Source: Tubulanus polymorphus (lineage: Eukaryota > Animalia > Nemertea). From it: 64,000 nt of DNA. Position numbers and translations under genes: made by a program. Where the stretch lies: the NCBI RefSeq assembly GCF_964204645.1, contig NC_134029.1, positions 3,224,001-3,288,000 of the forward strand, written 5' to 3'. Below, in pieces: positions 25,301 through 49,850 of the stretch; the stretch's first letter is position 1; every line of letters begins with the position of its first letter. The notes under the pieces were generated by a model. It was not told the DNA's origin. It did no database searches and worked only from the letters and a program-made list of their open reading frames with translations.

Positions 25301-26632
25301 AAAAACAGACTCTTCTGAAATTGATTTAATTGATTGATTGATCAGTATATAAGTTCAATACTCTGATAAGATTAATTTGCATAGAAAACATTGGAAAAAT
25401 TCAGTGAGCAAAATTTAGTGAGCAATTTCAACCAAATTATTTCAATCGGGATTGAAAAGTGATATTTGAAATGTCATGTCCGGCCTGATATTTCATGATA
25501 TCAAATTCGAGCGCAACCCTTGATCGCGTTTGAATTCGAAAGTCAAAGATATATTTTGAAGATTTTCTTGATAACTGATTCAAATAGGACAACTGCGGTT
25601 TTCAATCTATACTGACTCTAGACATGCCTGTGCAGCCCTGAAAAACCTGTTTCATTGTAGAATGTACCGGTTTTTGTGGTCGTCATTTTTGGGCGAGTTG
25701 AAATTCCCTTTTTGATCGATCAGTCCGTAGCATAGCGTCATTTTATGAAGTCTGACAGCAGTTCTTAAATTCTGAAAACTAACGTCACGATTCATTAAGA
25801 AACCGTTGGTTGAAATACAGTCAACTCCTAAAAAGCCGCTGCCCTCGCCTAACGCTATATTTTATTTCTGGGAACTGAACATTATGTATTTTATCGTGGA
25901 ACTCGTCAAAATCACCCACCTATTGACTGCCATACCCTCGACACTGTCAAAATCATAAATCACCTAGGCCGATATGTGGGTTCTCTATCGATCAGGAGTG
26001 GACTGTAAACCCATTTCTCCGTGTGCTGAGACTCGCGCCTTTTTTCTAGCTTTCAAATTTTGTTTCGTATCGTGTTTTTATGCGGGTCAAAAAAATGTCG
26101 GCAACCCGGTAGCCGTGTTTATTCATAAAACTGATCAGCATCCGTCGTCGTAGAAAGTTCATTCAGAAAATCTGATGGAACCCGAGCGAGTGAGGTATTC
26201 TGTATTTTTATGAATGGTCGGATATAATCAGGACTATCGAGTTTGATGATGTATCCTGTATGGCCAGCTGGTCGGAGAACGCGTCGCTGCTACAACCAGC
26301 GACAAAAGCTCCTATTCAAGTGTTTTTTGCTCTAATCGCGGGGTCTGTTCGGTGGCCAAAGCGTTTTTGTCAATATTCACGACGCGGCCATAGTGTTCTA
26401 TTCGCTGCCCGAAGGGTCCACGCCGGACCAACGCATGTTTCTTTTGACCCCGGCTGAAAAAGCATTATGAGCTGAAAATCTCAGCGACTCAATAATGAAA
26501 CAATTGTGTTTTTTCAACCTTGACTAAGGTTCAATAGTCGAGGACTGAGGTTTCAACCTATAGCCGCCAATTTCTATTATACTACGAAATTTTGTGCCGT
26601 TGGTCACATGATGCAGATTTTTATGAACGAAG

Positions 26633-26911
26633 CTCTCTCTCCTCTCTCTCTCTCCTCTCTCTCTCTCTCCTCTCTCTCTCCTCTCTCTCTCTCTCCATTA
26701 TCTTTCGGACATTTTATTCATGAAATTTATCGTCACAATAGAATAAAAAATCTGCTCAACTGAACCGTATACGTTCGGTTAGTTATTGAACTGTTCTCTT
26801 TTGAGTCGAAAAGGCAGAAAACTTGACCAATCCCGTCTCCTATACGTGGTTCTAGTTGACCAGCAGCAGCTGCTGGAGTTTCACAGCTCTCGACGGATAC
26901 ATCGAGTTCAG
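26633..26911 (+). promoter_or_regulatory. (CT)n tract followed by a candidate non-coding MEF2 exon
   Basis: (CT)n at 26633-26696, then CAGCAGCAGCTGCTG E-box and donor CAG|GTAATA after 26911. Confidence 0.35.
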
Positions 26912-29900
26912 GTAATAAATGTGAAATATCTGACTATAATTAGACTTGTGTCTATAGCTCAAAATCATTAAGACAGACATAGCCCCTGCTCAATTATTGG
27001 CAGATGATTTATGTCGAATTCCTAATTTAAGACGGCCTATAAGTGTAATTCAAATGTGATATTTATCAAACAGTGAAACTGTAACGGTGTTGTCCAGATT
27101 CGAATCAAACATATTTACATATGCGGTTCAATTATTTTTTTAGGTACATACTTACAGTTTAACCATATCCGTTTTTCTGGGGTTTTTTGCTCATCGCGAG
27201 GTATAGATCTAAATATTCCATTCGGTTGTTGATCAGAAAGGCTGGTTACTGTATATTACTGACTGCACATAGAGTCTGGCAGAAACGAGAATAAAACCAC
27301 CACGGAGGATAGAGATCCTAGAATTCTATATTAAAACTGATTGTCTAAATTTAATCTCAAGTGCTCAGATAATGCTATGATTATATAGACGATAGTCAGC
27401 CGTAATAGATTATATATTTACCTGTTCCTGGAGCAGTTCATTCCTACGATTCCCAGAATGGGTTCAGGAAAAAATACTTTTCCCGCATCTCCTTCAATAC
27501 ATCGAAGGAAACAGCCTTTTTATATGAACTGTACTGTAGTTTTTTTTTTAATGGAAGTTTTTGAAACTGCAATTTAGAAAAGTTTGCTTCTGGATTTTCG
27601 AAATATTGTTACGTATATTTATTGATATCATCTTGGAGTAATTATCTGGACAAGATAATTACTCCAAGGTGTTAGATGGTACAGGGAGGCTGCACTTCCC
27701 AGGTGTGTTATATGATGCTTATTAATCAGATTTGAATTTTAATCAGCTTTGAGTAAATGAATGTAGGTCAGCATTAGAATTGGTGCTGATTATCTTCTAT
27801 ATGATACTATATAGTGATATCATGGCAGAAACCAGCTTCAGACCTCCCCCCAATCACTGTCAATTTCAATACAGCATCATCCATGAAAAGTTACATAATA
27901 ATGCCACTCACAAGATGGAGGTTTTGGTAATTCTATCTATGAACCAAGACCCTGAAATTTTAATTTAGTCCTATCCCCTTATAAAGATTAATTGGAAGCA
28001 TGGACGTTCAACGGTATAAAACCATGATGTTTAATTGAAAGGAATAAAACCTTGGCGCTTGATTAGAACGTGTGTGCTGCAAATAATTTTGTATCAAAGA
28101 TTTACTCTTTGTTAGTGAATGAGCAAAAATGAATTTTAAACTAATTTCTTCGCTAATGATAATGTGTAAGATTACGATTCTCGACATGAGAATATAGGGC
28201 TTCTGTAATGGCAGTTATTGTATTTCATTCCGGTATCATTTCATTAGTCTTAAAAGGAAAGATCTAATTCTATTAGAATTAATTGATAAATTAGTAATTA
28301 TTTGGGTATATATCTCTGAGTATGGCTTCTTATATTCAGGTGTCAGGTAACCTATGGTCTTCTATAGCCATATAGACCTCCATTGGCCTTCCTGTTTATA
28401 CAAAGGCTTGCACAAGAATTTAACAACTTTTTGAGATTGCTTCTCATTCTTTTCATTGAATTCCACTCTATAGATGCCATAGTTTAAAAGCCTGTGAATT
28501 TCAAATTAGTCGTCAGTTGAAGACCTTCTCATCATTTGTTATGTTGCCCACGGGAGGCTGCTCAAACCCTGATTCTATTGTCCATATGGGTGGAGAAGTG
28601 TCTAATCCGACATTGCGTAATTTGTGGTAACCTTATGAGGAGAACTGAAACCCCTATTATGATTTACTTTGAATCCTAACTTAGCCCATTAGCTCTAAGG
28701 ACAGCGCCAGGAATAGACCGACATCACGCTCAATCTCAAGGTACGATTTCCTCACTTGCCTAGAAACACATATTTTTAGTTTTCGTGTTATATTTTTGGC
28801 TCAGATTTATTATCGAATTTAGTCGATATATTTATAACCCGGGAACCGGCAGATCGAATTAGACATTGTCGCAGATATTCCAACGATGCGTAATCGTGAA
28901 ATATATTTGTTCAATATTTGGCAATAAACCAAACTGCTTTTCTTCGAAAAAATTGGTAAATTTCAATTTCGGCGTCAATCAGAGCATGACTTCTTGCCGA
29001 TTCTGAAAATAAATATCCACTGGAAAAAGATTGCGAAATTTGATTTTTATTTTTGGGTGAAAATTCTGCGTATAAATTGTATATATTTACAATAATTGAT
29101 GTCATTAATCTATTTTTATGTAAATTACAGTTTTTATTCACACAAACGATGGTTACTGTGAGTAATCATTTTTGTATCTAAGTAATTTTAAGTTTCGCAA
29201 ATTGCAACAATTCGAACTTCACCATTTTAGGCATCAAGCTTGTATACAATTATGTTTTTAAAGTTTAAAAACTTTCTTTTTTATTTTCAATCTTCATAAT
29301 GGAACCAACGCCCGTTGATATTTCGAAATTTATTTTTTTATTTCACTTTTGATATTAAATGAAATTTCCGCCATTTTGTGAAATCGTAAGAGGTTTCAAC
29401 CAACAAAATAGGAAATAGAAAGAAGGTAGCATGAAACAGTGTAAAACCCATTCATTAAAACTTCGAAAGATTCAGTTTAATCAGGGCCATCATAAACTTC
29501 AGGATCCTGTTCAATATTTGTCGGTCAAAATATTGAAAATGAACTTATCTTACTGTTTATGAGTCAAACTGGTAAGTTTCAGATAGAAATGGCCGAGGGA
29601 GGAGTCTTTCGCACCTCGCTGTTATCACTGAAATGAGCTTAGTTCGGTCTGATCACCCAACTCACCGAGATTCCATCATTCATCATTTCTTCGTTATAAT
29701 CCTCGGGCGACGACGAAATCCACCTGAAGGGTAAAAATCTGTTGTGCCATAAATAAACATTCATATATTTACGGATTTTAATCACTGCTAATAATGTTTT
29801 ATATCATTCTTAACCCAGCGCATTACAACGCCTGAACGCATTAAATCTATTTTTAGTCTATAATTATTCTCTGAAAAAAAAGTCGATGGCAGTTTGAATT

Positions 29901-30314
29901 GAAATATCTTTTATGAATTGCAGAAATGTGTTTATCGAATTGTTTACTATTGAAGAATAGTCAAAAGTGCCGTTTGAAGTCAAATGTACTTTCTTTCTGA
30001 CGAAACGCGTGTTTTTAGAATGTATTCCACGACGTTCAGAAAAGTTCATCTTTTTTCTTCTGTCAAGATAAGTAAAAAATGAGAAAATGCTGAGCTCTGA
30101 ATTTTTTTTTAATGGATAATCAAGACGTTATGGGGGCTTCCGTCGAAATAATAACTACATTCATTACCAAATATCAGACCACTCCCTTCCTGACTGGTTT
30201 TTATAATGATGGTTGGATCCTGTCCCTGAGGCTAGCGTAAGATTAGCCCAGACTGCCGTATATTCCTACTGACAGCGGCTGTAGACATGAGGTTTTAATG
30301 CTGTTGGTTGCCGA

Positions 30315-30598
30315 TGACGTCAAACTTTGTGCTGGGTTGCTGGTGTGTCGGTGTCGGCTTACATACAACATCTCTAGTGTGTGCAATAGAACTCTCCTCT
30401 CTCTCTCTCTCAGCTACTGTATAACAGCAGCTATAGGTAGAGAAACAAATTATCTTCAGCTTCTCCACCGGATCCCTGGATGAGCCCGCATTCTTGTGCA
30501 CTGCGTACATCGTTTTGGTTCCTGCGTCGGTCGGTCGTCAGTCTCATTCTAATGCTTGGATAGTCGCCGCTGAGTAGGCTCTATTCTCGTCACTGCCG
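30315..30598 (+). promoter_or_regulatory. Candidate proximal promoter and non-coding first exon of MEF2
   Basis: Full CRE TGACGTCA (30315), (CT)n near 30392-30410, Inr-like TCAGTC (30538) and donor CCG|GTAAGT after 30598. Confidence 0.55.
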
Positions 30599-33572
30599 GT
30601 AAGTTCTCTGCCTATGTTGTGTTTGTTCCCGATTCTAATTTTGTGGCACAGCGTTTTATTTCCGTTGCGCTTATACATATTTTTAGCATAGACAGTTCTG
30701 ATTTTAGCTTCTCTTCGCGGCCGGCACTGACGTTCTATTTTATAAATTTCTATTTAGAGCTGTAGATACTGAACTGACTACTAGGATCTCTCTCTCTCTC
30801 TCTCTATAGCTCGTGGTGGGAATTCTAATGGTTATTTTTGACTGACTGCCCCTTTATAAACATCTTATAGTATTTGATAGTAGTAACTGCTGGAGTGGTA
30901 CATGCGAAATAGTTTTCGTTGAAAAATGTTCTTTTTTATCACGAATGTTCTAATTCGAAGTTTGGTAAACTAGCTTTTGTGATGATTTCAATTGATTTAA
31001 ATCCGGAATATTTCTAACGATCAAGACGGTCATTTTCTATCAGTTTCAGTTAGTTGGTAGAAGTACTTCTGCTGGAGTACACTTCATCTCACATACATGC
31101 TATTTGCTATTTTTTTCATGAATTGTATGAGAAATCGAATTTACGATCTTATTTCTGTGATTTTGTGTTAAGTAAGTTTTGTAAATCTATCAGTAACTGA
31201 TTCACGCTGTTTCTGTAGGTTGGTCGAGATTTCATTCACACGCCCAAACGTACACGTGACTCCTCCATCATACAGATAGTTATTAAAACTAAAGTATCGT
31301 CTTATGTTCATGGCTATCATCACATCATGATTCAATTTCAATTAGTTTCTCAGAGCATTCTCTAGGGTATTTCACCGCACTGCTAGTAGTTACCTATCGC
31401 TTTGTCGTGATCAAGACATGAAATTCCATTTTCACTAAGAAATAAAGTTTCGATATATGTAACACCATTAGGCAAAAAGCTTAGAAATTAACAAATACAT
31501 GCTGTATATAGATGCTATTCATTTTGACACCTATGATATAACTTGTATACTGGATGTTACGGGCTCATATATCTGGTAGTAAATACACATGAAAAACCCG
31601 TACATTTCAACAGGTCCCACCTCCCTGATTTCAATAAGTCCAAACTTAAAAGAATTTGTCGTAATATTCTTTTGTGAATTTTATTAGCTGACAGGCGAAC
31701 AAGATTAAAGGCACACTTTTTCTCTTCTGTTCACTAATCGCACAATGCATTCTTTTATCAGGTTTTGAGATTTCGTGAGTTTATATTTCAAACATGTGAC
31801 GATTACGTCACCTCGATTCACTCCTGAATATAGCGAGAGCTACGAAGACCTATTGAATGAGCGCAATAAAAATTCAATTGAGAATTCTTCAACTTTTCAT
31901 CCCATTGTTAAAGGCGAAAGTTGACCCCAGAAGCCTCTATTTACTTTGATCTGTGTTTTCTGAGCTATTATTTAAATTAACATGGCTTCATTTAATCTTC
32001 AGGGCCTGTGTGTCCTTTTATTGCTCAGGGGGTGGGTTTTCAAAATGTGAAATGAAGAAATGTTATCAGCGGCAGTGAGTGAGAGCCATTTGATTCAGGT
32101 GAGAGCACAAAAGAATGACTCAGACCCGAGGAGGACCGGGATGGGTGAATTGTGAGCCAAAAAGTGGTCATTATCTCGAGTCCGTTGATTGCCACCAGAT
32201 TCGACACATGGAGACAATTTATTGACCAAATTTCTGTTTTCTTAACTACGAGGAAATTATTTTGACGAAAAATGGGTCATGTTTGATGTTATTTCTTTTC
32301 AAACAATAAAGCGGCTTACGTCCAGGGTCCAGGGCGAGTGAGCTTTATAGAAAAATCCGGCGTCGGGCTAATGGTCGGAACAGCTGTCCAAAATATTAGC
32401 GCAAAGTTTTCTTTTCTTCTTCTTTTGCGAATAAGAGTTAGAAATATGAATCAAACACAAGAGTGAATCCTAAACGATTTTTGTTGACGCTAAAATCCGA
32501 GTCTATTTCCCGGAATTATCCAACACGCCTATATTCAACAATGTTTCATCTCTCTCGGCGGACTTTGTCAACTTCACCACCCTGATTCATCGCAGTTTCA
32601 TCAGACCCCGCAGTACTGCTCCCATGTGGAGCCTCTTTGAGGGAAAGATGATGGATGTAGTGCAACTGGTATCTTGCTCATCAGGACCAGTCTGCATCCA
32701 GCTGGCTTGTTTGTAAAGATAACATGTGCAGTACTCGGTAGTGAATCATCTGAAAGGTCACTCGCTCATGTAAGATTTACCTAACTGTATACTAGCAGTT
32801 TGTAGGTGAAAAACTGATGGCTGCGTGTATATTAACTGTACTCAGAGCTCATACACTTCACCTGCTTTGTCCATAGGTTTACGGATACTTGGGCAGAGAC
32901 TAGGAATCCCCTCCCTGTTACGTCATCAAAGCATTTTTATGACCTGGCCTTAATAACCTATAAAGAAAAGATTGTACCTTATTTTTGTAGAACATTTTAC
33001 ATATGTAAGTACAGTATATCGAAATTTGTACCATTTCATTCGGTTATTGAAATTTTCAGATAAGGCTTGAGTTGAAAAAAAGTTTGTAACCGGGCGTAGG
33101 TCTATTCTTGGGGCATTGCTTCTATTTTCTGTAGCTCCATTCATTGAATGTGTCCGCTGTCAGTCGCTGTTTATATCATTTATCTGTAAATAATCGGTCA
33201 TCGTCGAATTCGATCTTAGACAAAGTTTTCGTGTTCTCGGTAAGAAAGACGACGGTCCCAGGTATTTTTACGTAGCGTGGACACGGAATGGGATGGTGTA
33301 ATTACCCTGGATTTTGCTGAATGTGAAGGTCGATAAAGATTCGCTCCTATTCACTTGATTGAGGCGAGGTTTGGTTCGATAAACTCGACATGAAAACGGC
33401 ATATACTCGGCGCTTGTCTTTCGGATGAAGTCGACGATCTTGAATCGACGAATTTTACCTTTTAGTAGCTGGTGTTTGAAGATCAATGGTAAACGGGATG
33501 ATGATGATATCGTGTTGTTGCTTTTATTTACGTAGAAATCGCCTTCGCGTAAATCAAAAATGAAACGCGTTG

Positions 33573-33831
33573 TCATTAAGAGAAATCCGCAATATCGATT
33601 ATAAACAACCGTTATTGTTTTTTCTTTATTTTTCTCCTACATTTCAATCCTTCTTCCCATCTTCAGAGTTCATTTTAAAACATTTGAAAAGAAATTTATT
33701 CGAAATTCAGAAAAAGAATGAAATTTTGAAATAAACTCTGAAGATGGGTGGAAGGATTCCACTCGAAACATGAGAATAAAAAGAATAAAACAATAGTTGT
33801 TTACCTCAATATGATGGGTTTCTCTTAATGA
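33573..33831. mobile_element. Degenerate foldback element (~260 bp) upstream of the first coding exon of MEF2
   Basis: Paired arms TCATTAAGAGAAA/TTTCTCTTAATGA, TAAACAAC/GTTGTTTA, TATTGTTTT/AAAACAATA, CCCATCTTCAGAGTT/AACTCTGAAGATGGG. Confidence 0.75.
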
Positions 33832-34422
33832 TATTCGTCAAGTCTAGATATTCTGGAATTTCAATGATTATTTTTGAGGGGACGTGTACTACGTCATCAA
33901 TGTATCGGGGCTAGTAGACTGGTTGCCGGTCAATTGAATTCAATTATCAGTATCGGTTTATTCAAATCCAAAATAACTTAATATTATATAATTCATATCA
34001 TATTATCTATTGAGCAATATGTTTTATTTTTCAAGGCATCAATAAATTCAGTTTTCGTATTGATATCGGTTTCTCAAGTTGATTAAATGCTCGCTTGGCT
34101 CATTTCTGCAATAGTCATGGACGAACTTTCATTTGTAAATTTCCAGGAAATCTATTGCTATTTTGTTGTTGCGATAATCATTACATGTATTGGTAATCAT
34201 GATGTAATTGATTGAATAAGATCAACAACTTAGAATACAGACTTTTCAAAAAACAAAGTTTATGCGCTTCAGTTTGAAGATCTTGTTCGCTTTTCAGGTC
34301 TACCGGTATCTCTAGTAATGAAGCAACTTGAATGATGTATTTTTTCTCTGTGTTCCATTTCAGATTTTGGATTATTTTATACGTCATATCTAGAGGCTTC
34401 CACATACTTGTATCTAAACACA

Positions 34423-43994
<9,572 letters not shown>

Positions 43995-46900
43995 CGCGAT
44001 TCGATGATGATGGTTCGAGCCGAAATGTGTTCATCGCATATTACTAACTGTAGTGGACCCTTTGGACCTTGCATGCTATAGATACTGTGACATGTTTGTT
44101 GATCAGCATGCCGCCCCTGCAGCGGTGCACATAGAATGCAGTGTTTCGTTTTCAATAAATTCTAATAAAAGTCGAAATTTCAAACCACTTTCAACCGGCT
44201 AACGGTTTGAGTCGGTTCGATATTCAGTAAAATGTGCTTTGACAATAACGACTTCAATTTGCGAGACCATCATCATTTGAATGAGTTAGTGGCTGATTCG
44301 CCGCTTCCTGCCCCAAATAGCTGGTGATCCCGTTGTGCTATGAACCCCCAGACATTGAACTGTGTATTGCTATTGTTATGTCTTAAAACATTCGATTCGA
44401 CATTATGCGAAATAAACAACTGTTATGATCTGATCATAGATTATATGAACGTCGCGATCTTATTGCGGTCAGCATACTGAAGCAGTACCGAAGATTTTGC
44501 TACAATAGGGTGACGCACAGACTACGCACCCATGCCACTATATTGTATATCGAAAACACAACTTGATACCAATATTTTGTATATTTAAAAAGTTCACTGT
44601 ATATTACTAATATTATTATTATTATTATTATCATTATTATAATTATTATTATGGTTGATTTGTATAGACTATGACTCAGTGGAGATATACAGTTCAGCTT
44701 TCGAGTAGATAGATTTGTTTATACTGCAGTTCATGACATGTTTAGAACAACTGGTTAGAATAATGAGTTTTTGGTGGGCCCGATTTTTTCTTCCGAGGCA
44801 AGAGAAAAAACTTGAGGCTTGTTAATGTTTTTGACATTTTCACTGTGTATGTCGTTTATATACTGGGTGTCTTGCGGCTTGTCATACGTATCACAAATTC
44901 TGTGAAATTCAAATGTCTCCATCCTGAACAAATATGGATGATTTCTCGCTCTCCTGATTGCTGGACTTCTGTACTGAAATAATATGTTGATTACTGACGG
45001 GGTATGAACGTATAGGTGATTTATAATAGATTATGAACTGAGTAGAGTTTGTTACTATGCAAAATGATTAATTTTCTAGCGAAAGGTAATATTATAAAAA
45101 CAAAGAAATTAGATGAAAAGATCGTAGCAATTTTCTATTTTGACGCGCGTTTGCTTTTGGGGTTACTCATTAAATTACCTATCGGGTAAGAACGTCAGGT
45201 ATGTCTATAACTTTTCACACGAATTATTTGTGTTTTCGTGCGACTGAGAGCCGATTTCTATACGCGCAGCAGGACTGTGCATTCTGAATATCAAATGAAT
45301 TTGCTCTTCTCGTAAGTCTATTGTTGCTCCGTTGATTTGATCCTGGAACATTTTCATCCCAGTTAAAATGTATAAGACAGCAACATCGATTTGTACTAAA
45401 ACGATGAATCCAATTGACATAATCTCTGCCTATATCAACTTGTTTGCTGCCAACTACAAACTGCGAGTTATCTCTTAATTTTGGTTCTGCCGTTATTGCC
45501 ACTATTAGTTTTCTCGATCGGATCCTTATTCACTGTTTGATATTTGCAATCTGGCAGTTGGAATAGCGCAATTCCTGATAGGCTGGCAATGTCAACAAAA
45601 TGCTTCATTCTCAATGTTCATTGGTTTATTTCGAACGATGGCTGACTATGGCCAACTACGAGATAACCTTGCAGCAGATTGTTGGGAAGGAACATGGTGG
45701 TAGCAAACGTGTCTATAGTAAGAAACCACAAATATCTCAGGAAATCTCATTTACCTTATTCGGTTCGACCGATTCAATAAACAAATTTTCATCAGTTTGA
45801 TTTGCCCGCTATTATAGTCTGTTTGAAAATTGGTATCGGTTTCGAAATAGTTTTCACGTGGTCACTCACGAGAAATGAGTTGTTTTTATTCGGGTGTCAG
45901 AAATGTTGGCGTAATGAACACGTGTCGCCGTAAATAGAACAAAAGCTCACTAGCTTTCTTCAGTAATGGTTGTAATTTCCTAAATGCAACTGTTTTTGTG
46001 TTTGTCCCACTCAATACATGATAACTTTAATAGCACTACCAGTATGTTGTGAATATAAGCGTAGGTGTGCTATAACTGGGCAAATTTGTAGGTTTTTTTT
46101 AGGTATCTTAAAGCTATGTATTTGCTGATTCTTGAGTGTGTTTTAGTTTAAAATAACCTCATACTTGTTCATGTACCACCACTCTTCACGAAATTACTTA
46201 TTTTGAACTATGTGAGTGAAACTGAGAACTGTCAAATCGAATGTTTAAATCGAGATTCAAACTCTTGCGAAGACGTAGCTTTAGAATACTTGTCCTGTTC
46301 GAGGTCGCCAGTTAAATTTTCCTTCCGCAGTTTGAATGACTCGCGCCATGTGATTCTGTTGTAAGAATATCGTTCCCCTCCAAATTTTGTACAACCAGAG
46401 GAAACAAATATTGATCAAATTCAATAGAAATGCCATAAATATTATTATTATTGATATTATGATTATTATAATGATAACACTGTTTATTTGACAAGAATAA
46501 TGCTGTTTAACCTACGATTTGCTCACCCTGTTTTGTATAAATGAGATTTTTATGTGATAAAATCAGTTGATATGTGTGTGTGTATGTGGATGAGTGAGTG
46601 GGTGTAAGGCATGGCCTGGTTGTTACTGAAGCCATGTGATAAAATGACAAAGTGTTGTCCGCATAATGTTTTGATAAAAAAATATGTTTGTTTGTTTGTT
46701 TGTACTCCTAATAATGTTATAGCTTAAAACTCTGCTAGAAGTCATAAATGCAGATGGTGTATAGAGGTCGCCTTAGTGCGAATATCATATCGAATATGAA
46801 ATTTTCGCATCAAAATGCGCGGTGCCGAGCAACACTAGTTTTTACGCTCTTGAGGTGATGTTTGTTATTCGCGATGTCACAAAACTGTGGTTGAACAATC

Positions 46901-47847
46901 GTGTAAATATAACTATAAGTAGAAAAGTAGTTTTTCCACCGGGTTTGTGGATGAATGAACACATTTCACCTCGAAATCAAATCGGACGAAAAATGTCGAC
47001 GATTGTTTTCATACGGAGATGGTGCATTCACTTTATTTTTTTGTGATGACTTTGTTAGATTTAAGTTTTTTATAGTCTTTCGATAAAAAGTTTCTCATCG
47101 AGTGTAAATATTTGCACCAGATAGGTTCAATCATTGAACTGCGAAGCGTTACATTGAAATTATTTAAAAAAAAGAATGTTGACCTCCTTGATCTGTTCTG
47201 CGTGTATCAGGCTGGCGAATGTTACCTCAAATATGTCTATGGTGCAAATATATATCCGTGAGTTTCATCGCAAAGATAAGAAATTGTAATTCTCTCCATT
47301 GGCGAAATGTCTCTCGAGGCTATTTCTAATACAGCTACGGACATAATTTTCGATAATTTTTCGATATGTTCACAACCAGCGAAGAAAAATATACATACAT
47401 GTATCGTATATGTTTGATATGATAAAAAAATATGAATAAAGCGAAAGAAATGATGATAATGTTTAAACATATGATAATATATGTATGTATATGTTTTATA
47501 TATATATATATATATGATGATAATGTATAAATTGTTTTTCTGTTGTTTTTTTTTTATTACATGGGTTTGTAAATGATACTTTAAACACAAAAAAACGATG
47601 CTTTATTTAATGAAGAAAAAAAAAACGGTAGTAAATTATTTCCGTATTACGTAATTATTATTGATTATTGTATTGGCAAGAAAAAAGCCGCACATGATTA
47701 TTTTGAGCCGGTTCTTGAGACGTAAGCATTACCCATAGGCACATGTATCATGGGTCCCTTGAGTGCTTCATTAGTGCCCAATAGCCATTTTCTGGTACTT
47801 ATTATTGTACTGTTATAAATGTTAGTTTTAAATCATTATTCTTATTC

Positions 47848-47901
<54 letters not shown>

Positions 47902-49850
47902 GTGCATGATGGTTGTTTATGTTTTTTTGTGATCTCATGTTTTAGAAACTAAGTATCGAGCATTATTATGAAGATGTGCAGATAATGTTGAGAATGCAGC
48001 ATCGAGACCTTGTTTTGATAAGTATCTCCGTTTGGACCAAGTTTCGGAATAGAAAAAGAAAAAACGTTTCCATTTTCGGGAAATGTTTTTGTTGATTGAC
48101 TGTCTCGGACTGCACACTCTGTATGTTTTTGATAGTTTGATGATATTTTGTAGCTGTGTTTTATGATTAACGATATATTAGAACTTTGGGCCTTTTACAC
48201 ACGTAAATGTTTTATAATATGAAATAAATTCCAAGACAACAAACGAATTAAATGAAAAAGAACGATCGATCAACAACAGGAATTATTATTATAGTTACAT
48301 GTATTATGATTATTGCACAATATATTATTTAAATAGTAAAAAATTAAAAATCAAAATGTTGCATGCTTATATTTGTAGTTTTGCTTATTTGTTTTTCGTT
48401 TTGTGGCATGAAGCGTGGTTTCCCATGGAAATTTCGAATTTCCTAGATTTTGAAGAGGAACGTTGTACGAATATATATCTAACGGAGAATGTCTATATGT
48501 ATTTACCGGTATTTGCTTCAAATTTCAATGATCGGTTAATCAAAGAATGTAAGCGCTTTCGTGGAATTCGAGAATGGACAAGTAAAAAATCATGTCAGTA
48601 TATCTAAAATGGTTAAACTATTTATGTTGTGGTTATGATATATCAAATGCCATTATTAGTTATCATCATTATTACTGTGGTTATTTGTCTTATAATTGGC
48701 GTTCTGTAAGGGGCAGGATCCCCTTACAGTTGAGCGATTTTTGGTATAATTTCCGCATTCATAAGTTGAAGTTTATCCCAGCTGGCTCTGATTTATAACT
48801 GAGGACATCAGCATTATAAAACGATAGTTTAAAAGCATGAAATATATATTATATTGTTATTGTGCTGCAGCCTCGAGAGTTGAACTCTATTTTGATGCAT
48901 TGTGTCAAGATATTACTAAGTTTTTTTCTTGTTTACACTTTTGAATACACCAGGAAAATTGTTTGTGCACTTCGATATCGTATTTCTCGCTTTATCGTTA
49001 CCTGGGTCGGATGTCAAGCTGTCAAATGGTTTTTCACTATTTAGTGCTATTGTACATCTTCGTTTTCCATATCTTTGTGTTTCCACCCCTATACTTCCCA
49101 TTTATAAACCGGCTTGTTAATTACAGTGAAAAATCACCTTTGGCTCCTGTCCAGTATAACACATTGATAAAAATTACAAAATCATTCATATTTGTCCGTT
49201 CGAAATCCGTGGGAAAATTCTTCTTCATATTTTTTTTGTCTTCACATAAAAATTCTAGTTTGAATTATTGTTCACAAGCAGAGTTCAAGCGATCGAAATC
49301 ATATCTTAGAACGCAGTCAACCAACCGTGTGTGGGCTTAAGGAGAAACCGCAACGAAACGTGGTAGAATTTATACCCATTAGTCTATATACACGTTCGAA
49401 ATGACCAAAAATTCAAGACGATAAATGAATGAATTTTTAGTTTTTGTGTTTAAATCTTTAATTTCAAAACTAAATATGAAAGTGGGTTTTATACGTGAGT
49501 TAGACGATAGACGCAGACGGATTAATTAACCAGTTAGCCGTGTAGCATTTAACAGACAATGTATGCAAACATTACTATTAACCGGATTTATATATGTATA
49601 TGAAGAACGAAAAGCAAACATTTTACGAGTTCAAAATAGTAGAATCTGTACATAAGATATATATTTCCTTCACTAGCCAAACTCTGTCTATATGATATGT
49701 AAGATGTGTGCAGTGGTTTTTCAGCTTTCATCACCTATGACCATATTGTACATGGCTGCTGACCATTTTTGTATTGTTCACTGGGAGTTTCTATGAGTGA
49801 TATGTATTGTATAACCAAAATTTAGTCGAGAATTAAAAAGAAATACTCTT
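43995..49850 (+). other. Probable long AU-rich 3' UTR of MEF2
   Basis: No credible exons and few MITEs; (TAT)n tracts at ~44610-44650, ~46440-46475 and 47848-47901; TGTAHATA motifs at 46902, 47104, 49647; ATTAAA at 49832 followed by a T-rich tract. The 3' end is an inference. Confidence 0.45.
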